The position numbers were made by a program, and so were the translations under genes. Shown piece after piece: positions 1 to 12,057 of a stretch of 54,828 nt of DNA. The stretch spans positions 1 through 54,828 of the forward strand of contig JAQGDQ010001214.1 of assembly GCA_030141605.1 (NCBI GenBank). The letters are read 5' to 3'. The DNA is from Tubiluchus corallicola. Taxonomy: Eukaryota; Animalia; Priapulida. The notes under the pieces are model-generated. The model was given only the letters and a program-made list of their open reading frames with translations. It was not told the DNA's origin and searched no databases. Position 1 is the stretch's first letter. Every line of letters starts with the position of its first letter.

Positions 1-32
1 CTAGCAAATATAGCCAACGTTTCGTCACTTAC

Positions 33-235
33 AAGAATGCAGTTTAAACATTGTCTTCACTGTGTAATCATACAACTGGCTAGAATCCTGTATGCAAGGA
101 ATGAGTGGATGTATCCGACACTGTCCAGTACTGGTCATCGAGTTCGCTCTGGACATGTCCAGCGAGCCAAAAATGACCGCCTGAAGATTCAGTATCTCCT
201 CTGTGTAGTCGAAGAATTCTGTACTCAATTCAAAG
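33..235 (-). CDS. HIP1: Second, identical copy of HIP1 exon 6 (duplication or assembly artefact)
   Basis: 1-332 reads identical to 8959-9290 in the same orientation, with both splice sites intact. Confidence 0.8.
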
Positions 236-1038
236 CTGAAATGAAAACGGAAGAAAAATGTGAGATAGTTAAGCAGTCTTGAGTTCGATGAACATATTCT
301 GTCAAAGCTGATATGAAAACGGAAGCAAAAAATTAATTGTTCAAAAATTATTAATCAGATGCTTCTGTAATTAATGAATTACAGTGGCAGCTCAAGTAGC
401 TAATATTAGTGGGGGTGCTGCTTTAGAAGTTTTTTAGCCATTGTTTTAATACTGTGTAAAAAAACGAAACAAACATGTGTAATTTTAATGTGTAATTTGT
501 ACTTGTAATTTTAAACAAAAAACATGTGTAAGTTTATACACAAACTTGATAAAATCCTAAACACAAAAATATGTTTTGTTTACTAATAACCTAAATTGTC
601 GCAGTTCAAGCTTGATACGTTCACGGAAAGCAAGAGACAATTGACTACAAACTGTGTGAATGACAGTACTTTCTCTACTTAGCAGCAGATGCTAGCAGTG
701 CAGCGTACAGTGTGTTATCTCAGACGTGCGCACAACAGCCAAAACACCGCGTTGCTGGAGTGCACTGTGCTGGGCTGTGAAGCAAACAGTACTACCCTCA
801 CGTGCTCCGGTTCCGCACAAGTATAAAGGAAGAACTAAAGAAAAAGACTTAGTATATTGAATATTATCGATAATATCGAGTGAAAATAGGGGGTGCTGCA
901 GTTCCACAGTACCTATACACGAATCGCCACTGTTAATAACTGATCGTTTTGCTGTTATTATATTTAATGGTAATTGCAAAAACAAACGACCTTGTTTTGT
1001 CATTCAGCTCTTTGTCACTGAGTCATTTTGTCATTTAG

Positions 1039-1096
1039 CTCTTCCACCGGATACGTTAAGCGGACATCGCGAACGTTTTGTGAAACAATTTAAAAT
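1039..1096 (+). pseudogene. HIP1: Inverted intact copy of HIP1 exon 7
   Basis: tcatttag|CTCTTCCACCGGATACG...TTTAAAAT|gtaagt on the + strand, the reverse complement of 7073-7130. Confidence 0.85.
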
Positions 1097-1236
1097 GTAA
1101 GTAAACTTTTCATATCTTATCTTACTTAGTCTAATGTTTGCAGAGTGTGTGTTGTTCACTTATCCCTGTGCATTAGTTTATATCTTTTTTTGTTGTCACT
1201 ATCTGTAGACGACAATAGCAATCATTTTTAAATTTA

Positions 1237-1436
1237 GGACCAGACGGTTTAGTCTAGTGGTAATGCATCCGCTTCCGTCTGGAGGTCGTGCTCAAATCAA
1301 GCGGCCGTGGTCATACCAAAGACTTTAAAAATGGTGCCTGCTGTTGCCCTGCCTGACGCATGATATTTAGGTAAAGTAATAATAGCCTCTGTTATGGTTG
1401 TAGGTTGTTATTTACAGTCGGCGATAACAGCTCTTT
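1237..1436 (+). mobile_element. 3'-truncated copy of the tRNA-derived SINE
   Basis: Matches 2852-3062; broken at the rearrangement junction (ctcttt). Confidence 0.7.
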
Positions 1437-2647
1437 AACTTTTAAATTCACTTTATTGGTAAGTAAGTAAGTATAAGCAAGCAAGCGCAAAGTAAGTAAG
1501 TAAGTAAGTTTATTAATCTATCACCATTCTTTATAATAGCAAACTGCATAACCAAGTGATTTATAACTCTGTACAACATACAATAATATTACAAAGTGCA
1601 AAAGTAATTATTGATTAGAGCCGTGAATCGGTGGCGAAAGAACAATGAGACAGCCAACCTCTCAGAATCGTTACTAGTATAATTAATTAATTAATATTAA
1701 TTAACGCAAATGTACCAACTAATTAAAAATTATCACATTTTGCATTTAAGACGAATGAAAATTGAATTATTATACGAATGTGTTAGTTTATAATAAAATA
1801 ATGTTCAGCATTGGGAAAGAAGAGACACACGTGACTATCTTTAAATAATAATTTAACCATTACGTATTTAAAATTAATATTATGAGGACTTAGAGCCAAT
1901 GGAAGAAAATTAATTGTTCAAAATTATTAATTGATGCTTCTGTAATTAATGACCAGTGGCAGCTCATAGCTAAAATTATGGGGGTGCTGCTTCAGAAAAT
2001 TTTAGTCGTTGTTTTAATATTGTGAAAAACCTAACAAACATGTGTAATTTTAATGTTGTAGTTACATTTGAAGACCAGGTGTTGAACGGCCTCTTTTCTT
2101 AACTGCAACTTTCTCATGGAGAGACAACTGTGAAAAATTAAGCTGTTGTAGTTCACTTACAGTCACAGAACTTATTTCTTGGATCCTGTTATTAAATAAA
2201 TTATGTTTTAAGCACACACGAAAAGTTTACATGATATCCAAGAATATAACGGTGCAAGGTAAGCACGCGGCAATTATTACTGTGATAGAGACAGTACTTT
2301 TCTACCTAGCAGACGATTGCGTACAGCGTGTTATCTCTGAGATGTGCGCATGGCCGCATGCGCACAACAGCCAAACACCACATTGGGCTGTGAAGCAAAT
2401 TGTACTACCCTCACTAGCTCCGGTTCCGTCCAAGTACAAAGAAAGAACTAAACAAAAAAGACCCATTATATTAAATATTATCGATAATAACGAGCGAAAA
2501 CAGGGGTGCTGCAGTACCACAATACCTATACACGATCCGCCACTGTTAATAACTGATCGTTTTGCTGTTATTATATTTAATGCAATTGCAAACAAACGAC
2601 CTTGTTTTGTCATTCAGCTCTTTGTCACTGAGTCATTTTGTCATTTA

Positions 2648-2704
2648 CTCTTCCACCGGATACGTTAAGCGGACATCGCGAACGTTTTGTGAACAATTCT
2701 AAAT
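2648..2704 (+). pseudogene. HIP1: Inverted degenerate copy of HIP1 exon 7
   Basis: Same sequence, but the acceptor G is lost (tcattta-ctcttcc) and there is an indel near the 3' end. Confidence 0.8.
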
Positions 2705-2851
2705 GTAAGTAAACTTTTCATATCTTATCTTACTTTCCTTAGTCTATCGTTTGCAGAGTGTGTAAGTTGTTCACTTATCCCTGTGCATTAGTTTATACTT
2801 TTTTGTTGTCATCATCTGTAGACGACACAGTAATCATTTTTTGTAAATTTA

Positions 2852-3116
2852 GGACCAGACGGTTTAGTCTAGTGGTAATGCGTTCGCTTTCCGTCTGGGA
2901 GGTCGTGAGTTCGAACCAGCGTCCAGGTCATACCAAAGACTTTTAAAATGGTACCTGCTGTTGCCCTGCCTCACGCGTGGTATTTAGGGTAAAAGTGGGG
3001 TAATAATAGCCTCTGTTATGTAGTTGTAGGTTGTTATTTACAGTCGGCGATAATAGCTCTTTGAGCTAATGTTAATTGTTGACCCAAAAGCCAACTTTAA
3101 ATAAAGATTATTATTA

Positions 3117-3186
<70 letters not shown>

Positions 3187-3240
3187 TACTACTACTACTA
3201 CTACCACTACCACTACCACTACCACTACTACTATTATTAT
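2852..3240 (+). mobile_element. tRNA-derived SINE with (ATT/ACT)n tail
   Basis: Head with A box TAGTCTAGTGG and B box GAGTTCGAACC, body GTCATACCAAAGACTTT..AAAATGGTACCTGC, then AATAAAG followed by (ATT)n. Confidence 0.75.
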
Positions 3241-4013
3241 TTTGTGACACAATCCAGGGGTCAAGAAAAAAGTGTAACTGTTGGCCAACAAAAATACTTC
3301 TGTTTCCACCTAATCGCCCAGGTAATATTTTGTTTATCGTACACCCAGCCGGGAATTTTATAATTTTTCCGAACGTTCATATACTTACTTGATGTAGTCA
3401 TATAAAAGCGTATTTTTTAATTTGAAACGTAAAACGTAATAATTATTATAACATCGTTCTTTCGGAACACAGATGCCCATATTTTTCCACGACAAACTCT
3501 CGGCCAAAGTTGCTATTTTGTATGATACTCAATATATTGGAGGCTAAAAAGTATCGAATTTTCCCTTCTTCCCCTGATTTACCTTTCCGTAGTGACATCA
3601 CGTAATGGCGCAGTTGGAACAGTATTGCCGGAGATTTAAAATGAAAAGTAACAAAAATTCCTTTTAACGTGAGTACGATATACGCATGAAACTGCTGTAA
3701 CGTAATATAATTTTTTAAGGTGATTTTTTTTGAAACCTACTTCAGGTACCTCTTTTCTTCTAAAATTTGTCTGTGAAAGAACTTCTTGAACTTTGATAGC
3801 CATGTTTGAAGGACAAACTAGTCTTTCTTTTGCTCATTAAATTACTGGTCTGAGCTTCAACTTATATTGGGGTGAGCGCTTGTGAAATAGTCTTAAATTT
3901 TTTTTTCGAAAAAGTTAAAAATCCTGTAGATATTTGAATTCATGCAACTGCAAAATAGCAATTTACAGTTTCATTGTTGTACCTGATTAACTTGCTGGCC
4001 ATTGAGAAATTTC

Positions 4014-4069
<56 letters not shown>

Positions 4070-4176
4070 TAATTCTTTATTTGTCATTAAATGGTTCACT
4101 CATTATAATAAAATTGGAGTAAGCCTGAAGTGTAATATTAAGATAACACCCTGCTCTAACACATTATTACTTACAG

Positions 4177-4795
4177 GAAGACACGATGATTTTTCATATA
4201 CTATCGCATTTTCAACCGATAAGAAGTATATATTTTAACACAATTAATAACGCCAAAGCGTTTCTGATAATTAAACAATAGATTAAAAACTCATTGAAGG
4301 GTGGGCTAGCCCAACTATTGATGACATCACAAACTAACGTAATATCCAACAGCAAAAAGATTTCATGAACGTGTTGCACGTGTTTAAGTACAAGATAATT
4401 GAAGTACAGTGCTACTATAAGATATTCAGTGTGTTGTACTAAAACTAGGCAAGTTTTGAGATAAAAATTCGAATTTCAAATGCGTCACTGTGCTCACGCA
4501 TGAGCTGTCAAACGTGTGTAGTTCATCACAAACTAACACATCTGAACTGAAAGGTACAGCACCTGTTTTTGTGTAATGCATTTCAAAAATGCACACGCTA
4601 GCGCCCATCTAACTAGCAAATGGCAAAATGCATGTAAAAAGTGAAGAACTAGTGGCGCGAACGTGAAATTGTGTTTGTGTCATAATCGTTCTTTCACGTA
4701 AGTCATTTTTGAAAAAAAAATTGTACGTTTCCTTTCAATATTTTAAAGAGTAGCTTGTTTTGACCTACAGTTCGAGATTGGGTACGGTTTTGCTC
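4177..4795 (+). repeat. Dispersed ~600-bp repeat, copy 1 (probable non-autonomous DNA element)
   Basis: Collinear and diverged relative to 13908-14520 (shared gatttttcatatactatc, ctgaactgaaaggtacag, ttttgacctacagtt). Confidence 0.7.
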
Positions 4796-4909
4796 TAAGG
4801 AGAGCACCAACTACTCAATTAACTTGCAAAGTTAGGTTCAAAAACATTCTTTGTTCTGTAGTGAACCACAAACTTGACACTTCATAACAATTACTGCAGT
4901 TAAACTTAC

Positions 4910-4985
4910 TTCTGGCAGCTGCGGAACGTGTATGAGGTACTTGAAGTACTGCAGATTACCGGAACTAAAGTAGAACTGACGTAAT
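4910..4985 (-). CDS. HIP1: HIP1 coding exon 8
   Basis: ctttcag|A+LRQFYFSSGNLQYFKYLIHVPQLPE|GTAAGT; 76 nt, phase 2 to 0; NLQYFKxLIxxPxLP motif. Confidence 0.92.
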
Positions 4986-5758
4986 CTGAAAGAACGCACA
5001 AACAGAGAACACTGTATTACGTCACTCAAGCAGGTTCAATTTTACCACGTCGCACACACGCCACGATACGACCGTGGAAAAAGTGAAAATTAGGTCACAC
5101 ATGTTAGTCACAACTAGAAATATTTAGTCTGGGCATAGAACTTTGAGACTCGTGTAGTCTGATGGAAAGTATGAAAAAGCACAAAATCTAAAAATAATCT
5201 TGACACAAAAATGCGACCATTACAAAGCTTAAGAATCGCTCTCAATAGATCCGTTGGCTGGTTTTACCTGCAAACACTCATTGTAACAAAATTAATCAAC
5301 ATTGTGTAACCTGCATCTGATACTAATTACACAGACTCAACTTTCATCTACCCACGCCCCTAACTCCATAAAAAATTTAAAAAAAATTATGTAATTTAAT
5401 ACGTGTTATGTTAGTTTTGTAATGTCAAATGTATAAATAGTGTAAATGTAATGAGTGAAATTTATGTAATGTAAAGCATGTTTCTGTTAATTGTGTCATG
5501 TTAAATGTATATATAGTGTAAAATATGTCATGTAAAATTTAATGTACTTTTGTAATATTGTTTTGTAAAAATATTTTAATATTGTGTTTGTAAATATGTT
5601 CATTTATTGTATATAATTAGACCTTAGTTTTGCACTTTAGTTTTTTTAGTCAGCACTGGACGCATTTGTCTTGAACAGTGTTGTTATCTTAACATTACGC
5701 TGAGGCTTACTCAATTTTATTATAATGAGTGAACCATTTTAATGACAAATAAAGAATT

Positions 5759-5801
<43 letters not shown>

Positions 5802-6541
5802 GAAATTTCTCAATGGCCAGCAAGTTAATCAGGTACAACAATGAAACTTGTAATTGCACTATTTGCAGTTGCATGAATTCAAATATCTACACAGGATTTT
5901 TTTAACTTTTTCAGAAAAAATTTAAGACTATTTCACAAGCGCTCACCCCAATATAAGTTGAAAGCTCAGACCAGTAATTTAATGAGCAAAAGAAAGACTA
6001 GTTTGTCCTTCAAACATGACTATCAAAGTTCAAGAAGTTCACTCACAGACAAATTTTAGAGAAGAAAAGGGGTACCTGAAGTAGGTTTCAAAAAAAAATC
6101 ACCTTAATTATACTACTTTACAGCAATTTCATGCACATATCGTACTCGCTTTGAAAGAGTTAGTTTGTTTTCATTTTAAATCTCCGGCAATACTGTTCCG
6201 AAGTCGCCATTACGTGATGTCACTACGGAAAGGTAAATCAGGGGAAGAAAGGAAAATTCGATACTTTTTAGCCTCTAATACAATTAGCATCATACAAGAT
6301 GCCACCGCTGGCTGAGAGTTATCCGTGGAAAAACATGGCCGCATCCTGCATTCCCCGAAAGAACAATGTTATAAATTAAAAAATGACTGCGTCAAGTAAG
6401 TATACAAATGTATGAGAAAAATTATAAAATTCCCGGCCGGGTGAGCGACAAAAAGTATTAGCCGGGCGATTAGATGGAAACAGATGTATTTTTGTTGGCC
6501 AACAGTTACACTTTTTTCTTGACCCCTGGATTGTGTCACAA

Positions 6542-6596
6542 AATAATAATAGTAGTAGTGGTAGTGGTAGTGGTAGTGGTAGTAGTAGTAGTAGTA

Positions 6597-6666
<70 letters not shown>

Positions 6667-6931
6667 TAATAATAATCTTTATTTAAAGTTGGCTTTTGGG
6701 TCAACAATTAACATTAGCTCAAAGAGCTATTATCGCCGACTGTAAATAACAACCTACAACTACATAACAGAGGCTATTATTACCCCACTTTTACCCTAAA
6801 TATCATGCGTCAGGCAGGGCAACAGCAGGCACCATTTTTAAAGTCTTTGGTATGACCCGGCCGCTGATTTGAACTCACGACCTCCCAGACGGAAAGCGGA
6901 TGCATTACCACTAGACTAAACCGTCTGGTCC
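6542..6931 (-). mobile_element. tRNA-derived SINE (copy in right arm of the inverted repeat)
   Basis: Reverse complement of 2852-3240, including the microsatellite tail. Confidence 0.75.
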
Positions 6932-7072
6932 TAAATTTACAAAAATGATTGCTATTGTCGTCTACAGATGATGACAACAAAAAAAAGATATAAACTAATG
7001 CACAGGGATAAGTGAACAACACACTCTGCAAACATTAGACTAAGTAAGATAAGATATGAAAAGTTTACTTAC

Positions 7073-7130
7073 ATTTTAAATTGTTTCACAAAACGTTCGC
7101 GATGTCCGCTTAACGTATCCGGTGGAAGAG
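7073..7130 (-). CDS. HIP1: HIP1 coding exon 7
   Basis: catttag|CT+LPPDTLSGHRERFVKQFK+AT|GTAAGT; 58 nt, phase 1 to 2; LPxDTLxGHRxRF motif. Confidence 0.92.
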
Positions 7131-8348
7131 CTAAATGACAAAATGACTAAATGACAAAGAGCTGAATGACAAAACAAGGTCGTTTGTTTTTGCAATTACC
7201 ATTAAATATAATAACAGCAAAACGATCAGCTATTAACAGTGGCGATTCGTGTACAGGTACTGTGGAACTGAAGCACCCCCTATTTTCACTGGATATTATC
7301 GACAGTACTCAATATAATAAGGTTTTTCTTTAGTTCTTCAATACACTTGTGCGGAACCGGAGCACGTGAGAGTAGTACTGTTTGCTCGACAGCCCAGCAC
7401 AGTGCGCTCCAGCAACGTGGTGTTTGACTGATGTGCGCATGCTGAGATAACACACTGTACACTGCACTGCTAGCATCTGCTGCTAAGTAGAGAAAGTACT
7501 GTCATTCACACAGTTTGTTGTCAATTGTCTCTTGCTTTCCGTGAACGTATCAAGCTTGAACTGCGACAATTTAGGTTATTAGTAAACAAAACATATTTTT
7601 GTGTTTAGGATTTTATCAAGTTTGTGTATAAACTTACACATGTTTTTTGTTTAAAATTACAAGTACAAATTACACATTAAAATTACACATGTTTGTTTCG
7701 TTTTTTTACACAGTATTAAAACAATGGCTAAAAAACTTCTAAAGCAGCACCCCCACTAATATTAGCTATGAGCTGCCACTGGTCATTAATTACAGAAGCA
7801 TCAATTAATAATTTTTTGAACAATTAATTTTTTTCTTCCTTTGGCTCTAGGTCCTCATTATATTAATTTTAAATACGTAAAGGTTAAATTATTATTTAAA
7901 GATAGTCACGTGTGTCTCTTCTTTCCCATTATTGAACATTATTTTATTATAAACTAACACATTCGTATAATAATTCAATTTTCATTCGTCTTAAATGCAA
8001 AATCTGATAATTTTTAATTACCTGGTACATTCGCATTAACTAATTAATTATATTAGTAACAATTCTGAGAGGGTGGCTGACCTCGATAACTTATAGTTCT
8101 TTCGCCGCCCTTTCACCACTAATCAATAATTACTTTTGCACTTTGTAATATTATTGTATGTTGTATAGATTTATAAATCTCTTAGTTATGTATTTTGCTA
8201 TTTTAAGAATGGTGATAAACTAATAAACTTACTTACTTACTATCTTGCTTACTTACTTACTTACCAATAAAGTGAATTTAAAAGTTAAAGAGGTGATTTA
8301 CAGAAACGGTTTTTACCATCCAAGAACTAGAAAATATGAGGAGACCAT

Positions 8349-8728
8349 CCTCTAAGTGGACTTAAAATATCAATTACCTTGTTCCATGCATAATTTAAAA
8401 TACCCAACTATCAAGGATACATGATACCTAATTGTCTCAAAAACACCTAAGTACTGGCCGCTCCTATACAAAAGTATATAAAAACTGTCTGCGATTGACT
8501 CAAATAACTCCGCACAATTGATTCTATATTTTTATACATAGAGATATACACTTGGTTACACTGATGTACGTGATGTAAACAAAGTGACGGCCTGCCAACC
8601 AGCGGTCAGCTTGTCAAATAATGTACTGGGTCCGTAAAAAAATTTCTAAACGAATTTACGCTATTTACAAAAATGGCACTACTGGTCTTCCAAAACCTCG
8701 GAATTCCACGGAAAGTTCTCATCCCTGT
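8349..8728 (+). repeat. Dispersed ~380-bp repeat, copy 1
   Basis: Highly similar to 16068-16454 (cctctaagtggacttaaaatatc ... ttctcatcc). Confidence 0.8.
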
Positions 8729-8990
8729 CTGACGGAAAATATGAAAAAACGAAAATGTACCAGGAGTACTCCAGGTTTTGTCAAATTCACAGAAACAAAG
8801 CAGTAAATGTATAGGATAGTAAAGGATGAGCAAAAATTGTCAAATCAGAAATAAAAATTATTTAGTAACTTTATAAAACGTTTAAAACTACCGCTGTATT
8901 AAGGATAGTCAATGGCACTTTGATATATAAACTGAGAATTATAAATATATTTCACATGCTAGCAAATATAGCCAACGTTTCGTCACTTAC

Positions 8991-9193
8991 AAGAATGCAG
9001 TTTAAACATTGTCTTCACTGTGTAATCATACAACTGGCTAGAATCCTGTATGCAAGGAATGAGTGGATGTATCCGACACTGTCCAGTACTGGTCATCGAG
9101 TTCGCTCTGGACATGTCCAGCGAGCCAAAAATGACCGCCTGAAGATTCAGTATCTCCTCTGTGTAGTCGAAGAATTCTGTACTCAATTCAAAG
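8991..9193 (-). CDS. HIP1: HIP1 coding exon 6
   Basis: tttcag|C+FELSTEFFDYTEEILNLQAVIFGSLDMSRANSMTSTGQCRIHPLIPCIQDSSQLYDYTVKTMFKLHS+T|GTAAGT; 203 nt, phase 2 to 1. Confidence 0.95.
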
Positions 9194-9600
9194 CTGAAAT
9201 GAAAACGGAAGAAAAATGTGAGATAGTTAAGCAGTCTTGAGTTCGATGAACATATTCTGTCAAAGCTGATATGAAAACGGAAGCAAAAAATGTGATAGTT
9301 AAGCAGCCTTGAGTTCGATGAATATATTCTGTCAAAGCTGAAATGAAAACGGAAGAAAAAATGTGAGATAGTTAAGCAGCCTTGAGTTCGATGAATATAT
9401 TCTGTCAAAGCTGAAATGAAAACGGAAGAAAAAATGCGAGATAGTTAAGCAGCCTTACGTTCGATGAACATATTCTGTCAAAGCTGATATGAAAACGGAA
9501 GAAAAAAATGCGAGATAGTTAAGCAGCCTTGAGTTCGATGAATATATTCATGTGAGGCAGTTAAGCAGTCTTGAGTTCGATGAACATATTCTGTCAAGCT
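9188..9600. repeat. 72-73-bp minisatellite x ~5.5 containing the HIP1 exon 6 acceptor
   Basis: Units start at 9188, 9260, 9332, 9405 and 9478 (tcaaagctga...). Confidence 0.92.
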
Positions 9601-9848
9601 CACTGACTCATCTTCCGAGACACGAGGATGCCAACGTGCGTAAGAAAAATTTGCACATGATTAAGAAGATTTTTATCGTTCGGTTTGGAGAAATTTGTAA
9701 CGGATAAACTTGTAAAAAGTACAGTAGCTAAAGTGCGCAAAAACAATTTTGTAAACGAAAGCCACGTTTTTAATAAACACTAATTTATTGTTTTAGGATC
9801 AAATGTAAAAATGCCAAAGCTAGTACATATTATATATTTTATACTTAC

Positions 9849-9925
9849 TATATATTAACATCGTTTTCTCCAACACTGTCCAGGACTTCCTGCGTTACCT
9901 GTAGGTTTCCGGGAAAACGAGGATA
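9849..9925 (-). CDS. HIP1: HIP1 coding exon 5
   Basis: ttttcag|YPRFPGNLQVTQEVLDSVGENDVNI+TA|GTAAGT; 77 nt, phase 0 to 2; PRFPGNL motif. Confidence 0.93.
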
Positions 9926-10459
9926 CTGAAAAAATGAAAAAAATATTATTATGCTTAATTGCCAGTCCAATCCATCATCATTGTAGCCAGAGGCGTATCA
10001 AGACTTTACGACTCCCTAGACTGATAGTTCTATTCTGCGCATCTCGATTGCGAATTGATGATCGCTTATGTAATGAGGAGATCAAACTATTACTTGTGGT
10101 GTATTAGAAACACTATTAACCTAGTTTCTACGTGGTCAATATTAATTACATGTATCTGCATAGCGCTTATATTCAAACAGGTTGCCCAACTGCTTGTTGT
10201 GTAATACCTTGCACCTGTTCGTTATGTGGCACTTATATAGAAGCTGTACTGAGTAACTGCCTGTGGTGTGTTATAAAATGCACCCTTTACACGAATATGA
10301 AAGTATACACATTTTCAGAGGAGAATCAGCCTAGTTAGCCTATTGGTTAATACGCCCCTGATCGTAACAGTCAATGTAAAATAAACATGACATGCAAAAT
10401 TTGAATTTACTATCAAGCAGAAATGTTCAACTCATAACCCGAGGAGTATACTCTATTAA

Positions 10460-11015
10460 CCCTTTCAGTCCCAAATGATTTTTTTAATAAGAAAAAATTT
10501 TTTGGCTTGGTACTTTTGTTCAATATGTCCATCTTGTTTACACATAATAATTATTTTTTTCTACCTGTGCCCGTGTGCTAAATATAGCCTGTATCCCACG
10601 GAATACATTGGGATTCAATGGTTGCTAAACATGATAAAAAACAAATGCTGTATATTTGGAAATCTGAAGTTTATTCAATACATTTAATAAAGTCCTGGAA
10701 ATTTATTAAAAAATTCTGACTTATGTGAAATCTCAACATGGAATTTACACGTGGAATCTCAACATGGAATTTACACGTGGAATCTCAACATGGAATTTAC
10801 ACGTGGAATCTCAACATGGAATTTACATGTGGAATCTCAAGAAGAAATTACGATCTTGTTGCAAGCATAAGAACACGTTTGCATTTTATACATTTTGTTT
10901 GGCTGAGCTTGCTGCAAGCACTTGCATCTAAGCCTTGATTCTTTATTTGCCATTTTTGGATAGTGTCCAACCTGATCTTTCTGGCTTTCTGGGTTTGTAC
11001 ATGGGTATGAAAGGG
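10460..11015. mobile_element. piggyBac-like MITE (TTAA-flanked) with internal 26-bp tandem repeat at 10725-10839
   Basis: TTAA|CCCTTTCAGTCCCA ... TGGGTATGAAAGGG|TTAA; internal gtggaatctcaacatggaatttacac x ~4.5. Confidence 0.6.
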
Positions 11016-11139
11016 TTAAGATGTCTTCCAGTTTCTGCGAGGAATGATGTACGGGATCCAGATCAACTCAAGATTAGTTGCAGTACGTTCCAAATTTGCA
11101 ACTTATCTATAACCGGCACATCACGGACGATGCGTTTAC

Positions 11140-11220
11140 CTTTTTATGGAAGTGCAGCTTGCAGATGAGAAGTTTACAGTAACCCGCAATCAGCTTTCCG
11201 TAACCCTCACGCAAATGACC
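11140..11220 (-). CDS. HIP1: HIP1 coding exon 4
   Basis: tttttag|GHLREGYGKLIAGYCKLLICKLHFHKK|GTAAAC; 81 nt, phase 0 to 0. Confidence 0.93.
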
Positions 11221-11782
11221 CTAAAAATATAAAAATCATTCGCCGTTAATAAACTGGTTGGATTGCTGCTACAGTGGGATATCGATTATCCGGACCCCGA
11301 CTGTCCAGAATATGGGGTCATCCGGAATAGATAACTAAAACTACTATTCGCAAATTTTACACATTCCAACATTAAAGCACAAGAAAACCCTCAACTTACA
11401 AAATTTCGTCTTGAAATTTTATACCACTTAACATGCTGCCTTTTTGCACATAGGACTTGCGTCAACAGTAATGCTGTACAAAATGTGTAAATTTAAACTG
11501 CCGCGATGACCATTAGGATGACACATCATTTGAAACTAGTTTAGATAACATTGCGTAAAGTTTGAAAAAATAATCAGAGCATTCGTAGTGCACACGTTAC
11601 TAACTAAGTAAAATTTTAAATTACTGTATCTTGTCGATAAGATTAAAAATGCGTTTTTTGATTTGAGAGTGGTGCACCCTGGAGGGTGAGTCAGCGACAT
11701 TTTACCAATTGGTGAAAACATTTCTTTTCTAGTTACATAAACCTTTCAAGCAAGTTTTTTGGGACATAGTTTAACATTTCCT

Positions 11783-11986
11783 TTTCTTCCACCGATTTAC
11801 GTTGTGCGTATATGACGTCATGTAATGGCGCCGTCTGAACAGTGTCGCGGGAGATTTAAGATGAAAACAAACAAAAAATCCTTTCAACACCAGTACGATA
11901 TACACAGTTAAGCATAAAATAGCTGTAAAGTAGTATAATTTTTTAACGCGATTTTTCTGAAACCTACTTCAGGTGCCTCTTTTCTT
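11783..11986 (+). repeat. Dispersed ~200-bp repeat fragment
   Basis: Similar to 3570-3758 and revcomp 6060-6250 (gtaatggcgc...gagatttaa...aaacctacttcaggt). Confidence 0.65.
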
Positions 11987-12057
11987 GTCCTTTAATACTA
12001 AACCGATGCAGAGCACTAAGGTGTTCTGTACAGTTCACATGCTTACCTCTTTTGCAT

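Larger units (their letters stand above)
330..8292. repeat. Large foldback/inverted duplication: 330-4150 versus 5680-8292, with ~1.5 kb spacer containing HIP1 exon 8
   Basis: 1432-4150 is approximately the reverse complement of 5680-8292, and 330-1436 is a further copy of revcomp(6720-7835). Shared content: SINE, ATT/ACT microsatellite, (TA)n and exon 7. Confidence 0.9.

Noticed and set aside
692-2668. ORFs of 103-145 aa in the inverted arm
   Set aside because: Intronic HIP1 sequence duplicated in reverse; only the 58-nt exon 7 portion is coding-derived.
2852-2930. Functional tRNA gene
   Set aside because: A and B boxes are present, but there is no convincing acceptor stem or terminator, and it continues into a SINE body and tail.
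3038-3392. Poly-N/Y/L/I ORFs (also 6369-6745, 49992-50547, 51792-52221)
   Set aside because: Translations of ATT/ACT and GA microsatellites.
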